From Octopus bimaculoides (taxonomy: Eukaryota), in the NCBI RefSeq assembly GCF_001194135.2, contig NC_069000.1:33708032-33772031 (forward strand): 64,000 bases of DNA. The letters run 5' to 3'. Positions 1 through 12,366 of the stretch are shown here, piece after piece (positions within the stretch are counted from its first letter, which is position 1; each line of letters begins with the position of its first letter). The translations under genes were made by a program, and so were the position numbers. The notes beneath the pieces were generated by a model. The model was not told where the DNA came from and ran no database searches. It saw only the letters and a program-made list of their open reading frames with translations.

Positions 1-1587
1 ACTGACCTATTGTATATTTCCATTAATATCTCCATATCAGCCCACGTGATAGAGAAAAAATATTAATGATCTTAAAATGCATAGATTGTATAGATACCAA
101 CCAGGAACCTTACCACAAAGCTAAATGCCATGAAATTACGTCAGAAGGTAAGTGTAATATTACTATGTATCAAGTTAACTAATCAAATGGCACCTAACCA
201 GATCGACTGACTAATATGGAAAAAAATGTCAACCATGAACCTCGCCACGAACCAGAACGACTGACTAATATGGGGAAAACAAAAAATCAATTTATGTAAA
301 TAACATCGCCAATTACTTCACTTATCTAATTAGTGTCATTTATACTTGAGTTACCAACCTGATTGACGTTAAAAGAGGTGAATAGGATTTAATAGCATTG
401 CTAACACGGTAGGACACCGCATTGATTTATAAAGCATTTAATATACTTTGTAGTTTATTATGGTGACGTAACTTGACTTATCAGACTTGTCATACATAGT
501 TGCAAGATAATCAAATAGCCATTGCCACGATTCGAACCTACATTGTAGATTTGGTTCTACTATGCATTTACTGTCTAATAAGTGCAGCATGGCTGAGTAG
601 TTAAGAAGGTTGTTTTGTAATCACGGTGTTCTGAATTTGATCCCATTGCAAGGTATCTTATACAAATATCTTTTCTTGTGTCCCCAATTTGATCCAGGTT
701 TTGTAAATGAGACTGGGTCATCCAAAACTGTGTGGAATCCTGTAAGATAAATTATACGTGTAATTCAAAGTCCAGCCTTGTTGCAAAATGTCAAATTTTA
801 ATTCTGCCAGAGGATAATTACATTAAGGATACTTGTATCCCAGGAATACTCCGACATGTATATGGTAATTGAATGAGGGTATTTGATCAAACAAATGAAT
901 AGTCATTGTCAAACCTGATAGATCTAATTATTTTATGGTAATTGAATGAGGATATTTGTCAAATCTGATAAATTCAATTATCTTCTCATCATGCAAGATA
1001 TATCGACGTATTTCTCACAGTCAAATTTATTACAGGGCTCACATTATATTTTAAAGAATGCAACATTAAGAAGGTCGCCCATATTTATAAAACCCTAGAA
1101 TTACACAAACAAATGCAACACCATTTGAAGTACTAGTCCCTTACTTACTGGCTACGTCGCTAAGTGCTTCTAATAAATTCAAATGAAATGAGACCAACTG
1201 AATACATCTTTCTTGTCTGTGCTGTAGCTCCACATCGAGATTTATGAGAATGACGTGGACAAACGGCAGAATAAAGGCTTTACAACCAACACCTGCATGA
1301 CAGTTTCTATCAATTAAGGCTCTGGAAATCCCGAGGGATACCAAAGCCTTACTAAAAGTCACTTACCGTAAGTGCTGCGCAGTGGGACTGAATCGAAACC
1401 AAAGTGGCTAGGAAACAAACTTCATAACCTAAGAGATGGACGAACAGACGGAGAAATGGTCTGATGAAAAACCAAATATAAAATGAATTAAGAGTGTTTA
1501 CGCTACATATTAAAAATACAAACAAGTCAAATCAAAACAATATAAATATTTAGGAAGTAAATATATAACATACACAACAACAGTTAC

Positions 1588-1689
1588 CTTTACCAAATAA
1601 TTTACTCTCTTTACCTCCTGAAACTTATACAGCTTAGAATCAAATTTTTCAAATTCTCTCTCCAATTTCTCTTCACTTTGCTACTTTGC
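1588..1689 (-). pseudogene. Stefin copy D, exon 2 with premature stop (5'-truncated pseudogene)
   Basis: Translates AK*QSEEKLEREFEKFDSKLYKFQEVKRVNYLVK with intact ttccag| and |gtaact sites. TAG at 1681-1683 replaces CAG. Flanking intron sequence (about 940-1990) aligns with A and B. No exon 1 was found between 1690 and 5115; exon 3 would lie left of the window. Confidence 0.82.
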
Positions 1690-1888
1690 CTGGAAGCTAA
1701 TGCTAATATTTATAATAGAATGACAAAGAAAATAGTTACATTGATGATATCATAAAAATGGCACAAATATAATACAACTAGGTTAGCTATGGAACGTTAT
1801 GGCGCTGCTTATTTAGCATCGCTGATTCAATTCTTACTTCTTTCACATCAGACATTTTAATGTTTCTCTCGTTCTCTCGTTTCTGCCA

Positions 1889-1921
<33 letters not shown>

Positions 1922-2169
1922 ATATCTTTAATCATATATCGCTAGGTGTATAAGGAGAAGGAAAGTGTTTATATGAATCATGTTTAATCAACAAATTGTA
2001 AAGTTTCCTTCTCTCCCTCGCTGACTTCTCTCCGGCCCTTTCTCTGTTTGTCTATACCTCTATCTGTTTGTGTATACTTCTGAATGTGTGAGATTGTGCA
2101 TATTTGTATATGTGTATGTCTTTGTGTATATAAATATGTGCGTACGTGCATGTGTGTGTGTGTGTGTGT

Positions 2170-2530
2170 GGCCCCTCAGCGTCGCCAGCTTCTGCAGTAG
2201 TGGTTCGAGAGTCAATACGTACAGAAGCGACGAGAGGGGGAATCCCTGACGGACCGAACGTGCAATGTCGAAGGGTCTTGATAGATGCCCATTGACGCGA
2301 ACTACCGAACGGATGCCTCTGTACAAGGCAGCCATCCAGCCGCGGAAAACGGGACCGAAGCCGGCCGCTATGAGGACAGCCTCCAAGTATTGATGGTCTA
2401 CCCTATCGAAAGCCTTCGATTGATCCACATTGATCAGGGTCCCACCCATGCCAGGTTCCTTAACTACCTTGTCTACGATGTAGCGCATCAGATGGAGGTT
2501 GTCATGGAGAGACAAAAAGACAGCCTCCGT
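2170..2530 (-). mobile_element. L1/Tx1-clade non-LTR retrotransposon RT fragment
   Basis: VDQSKAFDRVDHQYL...VRQGFPLSSLLYVLTLEPLL are non-LTR RT motifs; truncated by a (CA)n tract. Confidence 0.85.
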
Positions 2531-5062
2531 TTTTATTGTTGTTTAACTTGAGAAGAAGCACTTTATATCTAAATTGCCAAAAGACGTTCCGATTGCAAAT
2601 TGTAGTGATTCAGTTGTTTCATAATTTTCTTCTGGAAACCAAGAAGTACTTAGGCTCTGATCGCTACATATCTCTACAGATTCTCCACAGAATTCAGATA
2701 AAATCTACATTACAGTGCCACACACATATCCTGGATGATACAATTACTAATTACTATACATATACAAACTTCCCAGATCACACACACATGTTATCCAGCT
2801 TATTAACAATAACATATTCAACAGATATTTTGTCGTTTCTTCTAATGATGCAACAACTGCCTCCATTCACCGAACTTCTGCAGATATAATTTCAGGTGCA
2901 TCCCACTTATATCTCTCTCCTCTTTCTGTCACCCTAACTATATAGCATTCACCTCCCATATCCTACACTAAATATTTCACCCACTTCTCAGAACTGTAAT
3001 ATCTCTAATTCACTCCCCACTTGAATTTTTCATGCAGACGACTTGGAAATGTTCAAACTAAACATCAACCACACCATTTTGCAAGAGCCTGCGAAGATCA
3101 AGTGCACTACACCTACCTCTGCTTGTTTTACTACATTATAAAAGGTAAAACAGAGAGGTACTCGCATACTTATTACATTTATACCTTTATTATGACTCCT
3201 CCCACCACCTGGAGACATGCAGACGACTTGGAAATGTTCAAACTAAACTAGTCTGCAAGAGCCTGTGAAGATCAAGTGTATTACACCGGTCTCTGTCTCT
3301 TTTTCAAAATTATAAATGAAAAATAGAGACGTATTCGCTTACTTATTACATTTATAATACCTATATTGTGACTCCCTGCCTGGAGACATGCATTTAAGAG
3401 ATGTCGTATAACACGTCAGATTCACGCTTGAAAACTGAACATTGAAATAGGAAAATTTTATAAGAAGATTATCTCCATTAATTAAAGAGTACACTCCGAA
3501 TGGATCAATAAAATAAAGAAATTGTTTCGAAAACTGCATTCACCAAACTTAAATGAAATTAACAGTGTTTCGGGTTTTAATAGGCTAAAACGTGTCTTTC
3601 ACATTTTGCTACATTTTTCTTTGTTAGAAATACAAAATATTTGTATGAAAGGGAGGAGCACGATTGGGGACTGCCATTCTTTAATTCTTGATATGTGTAA
3701 GTTGTCATCACACAGCTATATTATAAATAACTACAATCCATGAATGGTAGCTGAGTATATATAATAGATGTATTGAATGGTATATGCTATGCAAAGTGTT
3801 TTGGTCTGAAATAATTTGCATAATATAAAAATAAAATAAGGGAAGTAAATCAACTAAGGCATTGGCATGAATTCAGGTAAATGACATACATGAAAACATT
3901 TTGTTTTTCAAGTACCTGAAAGGTCGCACTTGGCTGGAAGAAGAAAATAAAAACCTACAGTTAACTATTAGCAACTAACAAAGAAAAATAGGAGACACGT
4001 TTATTTGCAGACAAGGAGACAGTTATAGATCATTGGACGCTTGGTTTATACAGAAATAAATATATTTCCTTCTTTCGTTATGATAACGAAAGGTTATAGC
4101 GATGTAACATGGCAAGATGAAAGATCATGAATAGTGGTAAGATGAGAAGGAAAGTGGTTTGCCAAAGTAACGTTTGTATAGCAATATGAAGATCGCACAG
4201 GAGGTCTGGTGAGACAAAAGACCATGACAAGTAATGTGGCAAAACAATGAGCTGCAGTGGGTGACATTATGCAAAGTATTTGGTGATAGAAAGGGCAACC
4301 AATCATTAAAAACATACTAAAAAACAGAACGTATAATATTTTTTCTTCAGTCACATTTTCCTGGACAAACACATTAGAGTAATGAGGACTCTTTAAACTT
4401 AAGGATTCAAGGCAACCTCACACCTGTCGAAGCCATAATAAAACCTTGTCAGTTTACTCTGTAAAGTCGTTAGTAAACAAGCTGAGGATGTGCTGGTACC
4501 ATGATAAAATGTGCCCTGTAGTCTCTGTATTGTAATTATTAGAAAAAGGTATCTAGTAGTAGAAACCAAGCCCAAATCATTTAGGAGGATAGTATCTCTA
4601 AACATGGACTGATTTAGATTGTGACGACTCATCCAAACCTTGCCAGCATGAAAAGCAAAGATAAAAGAATAATGATTTAAAGACAACGTTTCAAATATAT
4701 TCTAATAGTGGTGTGATTGCAGAGGAATGTCTACAATCATGAATCAAACCAGTGTGTTAGTTTGTGAAGTACATGTCTTGCCCAACGATACTTACCTATA
4801 ATGAGATTTTGTGGCATTCATCATGATTGCAAGTAATGGGTGAGAAATACTGTTACAATCAAGAATCAAAATCAAGAAACAAATTAAGTTTGTGAGTAGC
4901 TTTATTTCATTCTATATTTTGAACCAATAGTCATACACCGATCATCATAAAGAAACTCATCAAGATCTATAAAATGAATTCTTTAGTATTATAGTTTCCT
5001 ATTTATATTTAGACTACCAATATATTCGTTTGATACACTTTTATTAGATTTCTAAAGTATCT

Positions 5063-5068
5063 TTTATT
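5063..5068 (-). promoter_or_regulatory. Polyadenylation signal of stefin A
   Basis: TTTTTGGAATAAA about 50 nt after the stop, positionally conserved in A, B and C. Confidence 0.65.
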
Positions 5069-5115
5069 CCAAAAATGACATTTCTAGACATAAATTACAT
5101 TACAAGATGTTCCAT

Positions 5116-5244
5116 CTAAAAAGGTTCCAAGGGGGAATCAAGCGTCACATGATCTTTTACAGCAACCACTTGCAAGGGTAGAGGGGGAAGATAAGGCAGT
5201 TGATAGATCATTATATGAATACATATTTCTGTTCCAACCTGAAT
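5116..5244 (-). CDS. Stefin A exon 3
   Basis: Acceptor ttttattttacag|ATT; ends CCT TTT TAG followed by ATGGAACATCTTGTAA as in gene C. Confidence 0.87.
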   Translation of the reverse strand: MQVGTEICIHIMIYQLPYLPPLPLQVVAVKDHVTLDSPLEPF

Positions 5245-5485
5245 CTGTAAAATAAAAGTAAACACTTGAAATAATTATCTAAGATNNNNNNNNNNNNNNN
5301 NNNNNNNNNNNNNNNNNNNNNNNNNNNNNNNNNNNNNNNNNNNNNNNNNNNNNNNNNNNNNNNNNNNNNNNNNNNNNNNNNNNNNNNNNNNNNNNNNNNN
5401 NNNNNNNNNNNNNNNNNNNNNNNNNNNNNNNNNNNNNNNNNNNNNNNNNNNNNNNNNNNNNNNNNNNNNNNNNNNNNNNNNNNNN

Positions 5486-5546
<61 letters not shown>

Positions 5547-8055
5547 CGTGTGTGTTCAGTACTTTCCGTATGTGCTATCTATTATGGTCTTGGTCCAACC
5601 AAAGTCTTGTGAGTGGATTTAGCAGACGAAAACTATGTACAGGCACGGCTATGTGGTTTGCTTCAGAACCACCAGTATTTGAGTCCCGACCCATGCATGG
5701 AAATTTGGCGAAATGCTTTCCACTATAACCACAGGATCATGAAGCCACTATAGCCAGAGAATCATTGTAAGTGAGCCTGGTTCATGGAAACTGAAAGAAA
5801 CCTATCGGATGTAGGAGAGTTTTGTGCATGTACGTATGCGTGCGCACATGTTTATGTGCGTGTGTGTGTATGTGCGTGCTTTTGTGTGTGTGTGTTTACA
5901 TACCGGAAATTGCGTGGTACAATTAGTAACCCTCAGTTCATTTCTGTCAAAAAGCATCCTCTGGATTGAAACATGCATGTAAGTATGTATCTTTGTATGT
6001 ATGTACGTATGCATTCCTACATATGTACTATGTATGTGTGTGTATATAATATATATAAGTACATTTAACAAAAATTCTATCAAATGACGTGTGTATAAAC
6101 AAATGTATTGAAACAAATACGGAAACCAATCACAGTTTAATTATCAAGAGCTTCTAAATATACAATGTTTTGGGTGTTCTTTAATTGGTGTATACATGAA
6201 AAGACTTGGGGACTTCTAGCTCGCGAACATCCTACATATAATTTCCCATGAGTGAAGCAAGATTGAGATGTGCTTATTGACATAGCGAAACTAAGTTTCA
6301 CTGAGAAATGGAATCGTTTAAATTCAAGGGGAAGGTCATATGGGATTAACGGGATCCGTGGAATGAAGACATCCTCACCCTTATAGATCCCAGTCATTAT
6401 TGTTGCCTCTAGGACTTGGGGTAGCATTGCTTTCACCACCAGTCTGGTAGCATTGCACAGACAAGGCGACTCCAGATTCCTGAGCAGCATGATTGGGGCC
6501 CCATTTTTATGTGTTAACTTGTGAGGTAGCATCCCAAACTCAGTTGGAAAAACTATACCCTGGTCCTGATCAATGACAGTGTCGAGGAAACTGAAAGACT
6601 GTTCTTGTCCGGGCTACAGCTGCAAGAGATATCAGTGATTTTGTTTACAGCATCATTACGTGGAGCTAAGATGGCTCGCTCACAGAGCCATTAGCTGTTT
6701 GTAAAGTTTTGTGCAATGTTTGGGAGCACATGCATTATGAGATCATTGGCAGTTGGTACCATCTCACCGCAGGCTTTCTGCCCCCCACCCCCACCCCGAA
6801 TTTGGATATTTCTTAATGAAATTTTCTACGATGTTTTATGTCATGCAGATTCCGAATATACAAAATTTAGGGAGAATAAGTGTTTTAGGAGGGGGTGAGG
6901 AGGATTTCCGGAAAATTCACCGGAGACCACTTCAATTCGTCTTAACTTTCAGGAGAATGGATATTTTTTTAATGAAATTGTCTACAAATATACCTCGGAC
7001 TATGCTCACTTTATATTTATAGAATGTAGCATTAAGAAAGTCATCCATATCTATAAACCCTTAAAATTACTCAAACAATTGTAATGCCATTTGCAATGCT
7101 AGTCCTTTAATTACAGGTTACTTTGCTAAGGACTTTTAATGAATTGCAGAAAACTGAGACCAATTGAATCCATCTTCTTTGTTTGTGCTGCAGACCTACA
7201 GTCAGATTTCTGAGAATGGAACTGACAGACTGCAAAATAAATGCTCTATAACCAACACCTACATGACAGGAAGATTTGATGGCTGCCAAAGTCTTGATAG
7301 AAAACAGTTGCCCTAAGTGTTGCCCAGTGGAACTAAACCGAAAGTCAGGTGTTTGGGAAGAAAGCATCTTAACCACAGAGCCGGACGGACAGACAAACGG
7401 AGGAATGGATGGATGAAAAACCAGATGTAAAATGAATGAAGAAAAGACTGTTAAGGCTGCAAAAGTAAAAATTAAAATAAGACAAGTCAACCAAATATAA
7501 ATAATTATGGAATAAATATATAACATACATAACAACAATTACCTTTACCAAATATTGTACTCCATTTACTATCTCGCATCTGTACAGCTTAGTTTCAAAT
7601 TTTTCAAAGTTTCTCTTTACTTTGTCTTCAATTTGCTGCTTTACCTGAAAGCAAATGGTAATATTTACAATTTTATGCTTTCTCATTGATGTATCTATAC
7701 GAACAGGTGACAACGTTTCCCTAAAAGAAATGGAAAAACTTTCAAAATACAAAGACCTGGAAATAGAGGTAACTCGAATGTGGAATCTAAAAACGGAAAC
7801 AATTCCTATCATAGTAGGCGCATTAGGTATGATAAAAAAAATATTGAGACAAATACATAACAAAAACACCAGGACTTACAAATATATACAACATACAGAA
7901 AATTGCACTACTGGACACTGCACACATCCTACGCAAAACACTTTCAATACAGTAACCATAAGAGCACCACAGCAAACCACAGCACATACCCAAGGCGCAC
8001 AGAGCTGCGCTCGGTAGTGAAGTGAAAGCACGTTATAAAAATAAAACTACTGAAC

Positions 8056-8098
<43 letters not shown>

Positions 8099-8910
8099 NN
8101 NNNNNNNNNNNNNNNNNNNNNNNNNNNNNNNNNNNNNNNNNNNNNNNNNNNNNNNNNNNNNNNNNNNNNNNNNNNNNNNNNNNNNNNNNNNNNNNNNNNN
8201 NNNNNNNNNNNNNNNNNNNNNNNNNNNNNNNNNNNNNNNNNNNNNNNNNNNNNNNNNNNNNNNNNNNNNNNNNNNNNNNNNNNNNNNNNNNNNNNNNNNN
8301 NNNNNNNNNNNNNNNNNNNNNNNNNNNNNNNNNNNNNNNNNNNNNNNNNNNNNNNNNNNNNNNNNNNNNNNNNNNNNNNNNNNNNNNNNNNNNNNNNNNN
8401 NNNNNNNNNNNNNNNNNNNNNNNNNNNNNNNNNNNNNNNNNNNNNNNNNNNNNNNNNNNNNNNNNNNNNNNNNNNNNNNNNNNNNNNNNNNNNNNNNNNN
8501 NNNNNNNNNNNNNNNNNNNNNNNNNNNNNNNNNNNNNNNNNNNNNNNNNNNNNNNNNNNNNNNNNNNNNNNNNNNNNNNNNNNNNNNNNNNNNNNNNNNN
8601 NNNNNNNNNNNCCTGGAAATAGAGATAACTCGAATGTGGAATCTAAAAGCAGAAACAATTCCTATCATAGTAGGTGCCTTAGGTATAATAAAAAAATATT
8701 CAGACAAATACATAACAAAAACACCAGGACTTACAAATATATATAACATACAGAAAATTGCACTACTGGGTACTGCACACATCCTACGCAAAACACTTTC
8801 AATACAGTAACCATAAGAGCACCACAGCAAACCACAGCACATACCCAAGGCGCACAGAGCTGCGCTCGGTAGTGAAGTGAAAGCACGTTATAAAAATAAA
8901 ACTACTGAAC

Positions 8911-8956
<46 letters not shown>

Positions 8957-10251
8957 TCTTTTATTGGCCACAAGGGCCGAACACAAAATAAATAGGGACA
9001 ATACAATACAAGGGACAAGTGGGGGTGTTGAACAATGTCTCTATACAGCAAGTAACAAAAAGAAAATAACAAAACAATTTAACAATAAAAATTCCCCAAA
9101 AGGGGGAGTTCTTCACAGGGACAACAGTAGAACCCCACATAACTTGGTTATTCCGACCGCCACGAAAGTTCATTCCCGCAGGCCATCCTTGCCAAATACA
9201 CCCACCTCTCAGCAAACTTACTCGGGCCGGAACTTCTCTTTCTACCCTCACTTTCCTTTTCAAGTAAAACTTGAAAAGTCGATGAGGGCTTGGCCGAAGG
9301 GGTAAGTATCCGTCTTCAAACCTTTCGTCTCGTTTACCATACTTTAGTAGAAAGTGGGTTATACATCTTTAGATTGTATACCTGACTTTCTACTATAAAA
9401 TTGAAGAAATAGACGGAACGCTGAACTCCAGACTAAACAACTCAAACAACATTTATTTAGGTGATAAACATACATATCTTTTAGTTATACATCTTTAGAG
9501 GTGAGAATAACGAGCTGTCAAGTATAAGACCGAAAGATATAGGGACAGCTTTTAAACACACGTCCATGCTCAATCGCTGGCCAGCGAGAAAGAGAATGAA
9601 TTGAGCGGGAGACGCTTGCTTGTTTAATTTTACGCATGCGTAAGACTATGCATGCGCAGGCGTTACTACAATACTATCTCCTTCGCCATATCCACCAGTC
9701 AGAGGAAAATTGCCTTTCCTTCCCGGTCAAAGGAAGGCGGAGAGGCGATAATAGGATCCGTCCTACACGCGATAATAGCTGTTCGACAAAGCTCCACTAG
9801 TCAGTAATACACGGACACTGAACGAGTGCATGCAAGACAGTTTCATCATCCTGCGCACACCTCAGACATTCCCTTCATCAAATTGACATTGCCCCTCCAG
9901 GTGCATAGTATGCCAATGTTAGACGTTAACGTGATCGCAGATCAACGTGAAATGAAGTGTCTTGCTCAAGAATACAACGCATCGTTCAGTCCACAATCTC
10001 ACTAAATCGGAATAAAACAGAAATAAAGAGAACAAAAACACAACAAAATGTTTTCTTTCTTTTAAAAGACGGAGTGGTCATATATGGCCTATCAATGCAA
10101 ACCTAGGAAAATTAAACATGACTATTTACGATGAAATATAATTAATGAAAATAAAATTTTAAAAAGATCTCACCTTGTCGCACATGATTTGAATTTCATC
10201 GGTAGCAACTTTTGGAAGTGTCCATCCACCATGTATTATGTTTTCTACCAT
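5116..10251 (-). CDS. Stefin gene A: divergent type-1 cystatin, join(10174-10251,7543-7644,5116-5244), 102 aa
   Basis: MVENIIHGGWTLPKVATDEIQIMCDK|VKQQIEDKVKRNFEKFETKLYRCEIVNGVQYLVK|IQVGTEICIHIMIYQLPYLPPLPLQVVAVKDHVTLDSPLEPF*. All splice sites are GT-AG, phase 0 and collinear with gene C. QxVxG is replaced by EIVNG. Confidence 0.86.
6130..6620 (-). mobile_element. Helitron helicase (PIF1-like) C-terminal fragment in intron 2 of gene A
   Basis: GAPIMLLRNL...LCNATRLVV...GEDVFIPRIPLIP...KLSFAMSI...FTHGKLYVGCSR matches Helitron Rep-Hel helicase motifs. Confidence 0.85.
7543..7644 (-). CDS. Stefin A exon 2 (EIVNG loop)
   Basis: Acceptor tttgctttcag|GTA, donor AAG|gtaatt; 102 nt; lies inside the provided ORF 7369-7869. 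Confidence 0.9.
7680..8098 (+). mobile_element. Dong/R4-like LINE 3' end with (TAA)n tail
   Basis: FLIDVSI...KLSKYKDLEIEVTRMWNLKTETIPIIVGALG is a restriction-like endonuclease C-terminus; ends in (TAA)n. Confidence 0.8.
8612..8952 (+). mobile_element. Second Dong/R4-like LINE 3' end with (TAA)n tail
   Basis: Near-identical to 7756-8098 but with several substitutions; ends in (TAA)n. Confidence 0.8.
8953..9305 (-). mobile_element. Probable L1/Tx1-like LINE 3' end
   Basis: Minus strand reads ALIDFFKFYLKRKVRVERE and, after a frameshift, PSKFAERW. It has AATAAA just before the (TTA)n tract. Confidence 0.55.
9344..9670 (-). mobile_element. Probable solo LTR in intron 1 of gene A
   Basis: Flanked by a 5-bp direct repeat ATACT (9339-9343 and 9671-9675); imperfect terminal inverted repeat t-tagtag / ttactaca; internal AATAAA on the minus strand. 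Confidence 0.5.
10174..10251 (-). CDS. Stefin A exon 1 (MVENIIHGGWTLPKVATDEIQIMCDK)
   Basis: ATG at 10251; donor AAG|gtgaga; upstream sequence aligns with that of gene C. Confidence 0.87.
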
Positions 10252-12270
10252 GATAAATCAGGAAAAGAGTCAGCAGATTCACTGATTAACAAGGAAGTAG
10301 CCTCAAGCCTGTTAGTGTAGTTCTCTATAAACTAGTGCGCAACGGCAGAGAAAAGTAACAAAAGGAAAAACCTACGGAAGCCGCTACAGGTAGAAATACG
10401 ATATTTTCACCTTCAATGACTTTCCCGGTTCATTTATGATTTATTCTTTTATTCTCTTACTTCCTGCTGTAATTGAACTACGATTGTGCCTTGTCGGGTT
10501 TCGTCGATCAAATGGATCCCATATATATTTTTTCAGCCTAGTACTTAATTTATCAGTTCTTTAACTGAAGCACTGTTTCAGAATGCAAGAAACCAATACA
10601 GGTTGTGAACAGGTGTGGGGAGAAACAAAAAGACAGCAACACATACGCGCATACATAGATTTTAGACAAATGGATAGGTATAGGTATACGAAGGGCTTTC
10701 CATCAGTTTCTGTCTGCCAAATTCACTCACAAGGTATTGATTGACCCAGGGCTATACAAGAAGACACTTGCTCAAAATGTCGCATAATGGGATTGAACTG
10801 GAAACCACTTGGTTGCGAAAGGAACTTCCAATCTTTATTTCACCACCAACCTACCCACCCATTATTGCACTTAATGAACACACCGTATGGTTCAGACCGG
10901 TAATTCCTAGTGATAAAGATTTGAATAAAACATTTTACAAAATTTGACTCTTCGATTCAGTTTACAATTGTATGCATGTGTAATTTATATCTCTTTTACT
11001 CTTTTACTTGTTTCAGTCATTTGACTGCGGCCATGCTGGAGCACCGCCTTTAGTCGAGCAAATCGACCTCGGGACTTTTTCTTTGTAAGCCTAGTACTTA
11101 TTCTATCGGTCTCTTTTTGCCTAACCGCTAAATGACGGGGACATAAACACACCAGCGTCGGTTGTCAAGCAATGCTGGGAGGACAANNNNNNNNNNNNNN
11201 NNNNNNNNNNNNNNNNNNNNNNNNNNNNNNNNNNNNNNNNNNNNNNNNNNNNNNNNNNNNNNNNNNNNNNNNNNNNNNNNNNNNNNNNNNNNNNNNNNNN
11301 NNNNNNNNNNNNNNNNNNNNNNNNNNNNNNNNNNNNNNNNNNNNNNNNNNNNNNNNNNNNNNNNNNNNNNNNNNNNNNNNNNNNNNNNNNNNNNNNNNNN
11401 NNNNNNNNNNNNNNNNNNNNNNNNNNNNNNNNNNNNNNNNNNNNNNNNNNNNNNNNNNNNNNNNNNNNNNNNNNNNNNNNNNNNNNNNNNNNNNNNNNNN
11501 NNNNNNNNNNNNNNNNNNNNNNNNNNNNNNNNNNNNNNNNNNNNNNNNNNNNNNNNNNNNNNNNNNNNNNNNNNNNNNNNNNNNNNNNNNNNNNNNNNNN
11601 NNNNNNNNNNNNNNNNNNNNNNNNNNNNNNNNNNNNNNNNNNNNNNNNNNNNNNNNNNNNNNNNNNNNNNNNNNNNNNNNNNNNNNNNNNNNNNNNNNNN
11701 NNNNNNNNNNNNNNNNNNNNNNNNNNNNNNNNNNNNNNNNNNNNNNNNNNNNNNNNNNNNNNNNNNNNNNNNNNNNNNNNNNNNNNNNNNNNNNNNNNNN
11801 NNNNNNNNNNNNNNNNNNNNNNNNNNNNNNNCAATATGAACCAAAATTAATAAAGTTTAAAATTATAGTATGTAACAATACAAGTCAATACATATTATTT
11901 TAGATTGATACTAACAGAGATACCCGGCGTTGCCCGTGTTACAAGCAATTGAAGAATTAGACTTTTCTGTTATAATTTCTCTAATGAACTGGAATAACTA
12001 TGATTCGATTTTCATCAAAATTGCAGATGAGGGTTCTTTCTCTCTTTACACACCCTAAAAAATTCTAATCATGACACATGCATCCCATACTACTGATCTT
12101 TATGCGCAGATTCCAAAATTCCAGTTTTATGGAACCTGTTAAAAGGATTTTGCTCCTGAAAAATGGAGGTCATGGAGAAGATACATGCCAAGTCACCACA
12201 CAGTGGTACTGAACCCTGGACCATGTGTTTTGGAAGCAAGTTTCTTACCACACAGCCACACCTGCACTTA

Positions 12271-12366
<96 letters not shown>

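Noticed and set aside
1141-7270. Collinear 50-codon open frame (GVG[C/Y][K/R]AFIL...) in intron 2 of both D (1141-1292) and A (about 7117-7268), each behind an AG
   Set aside because: Hand count gives about 6 synonymous versus about 22 replacement codons, which is neutral-like. The frame needs a phase-1 junction but exon 2 ends in phase 0, and it is not preserved in B or C. Most likely duplicated intron sequence.
1588-10251. Read-through splicing of A into D to form a multidomain cystatin
   Set aside because: A exon 3 ends in a stop with a poly(A) signal, and D exon 2 has an in-frame TAG at its third codon.
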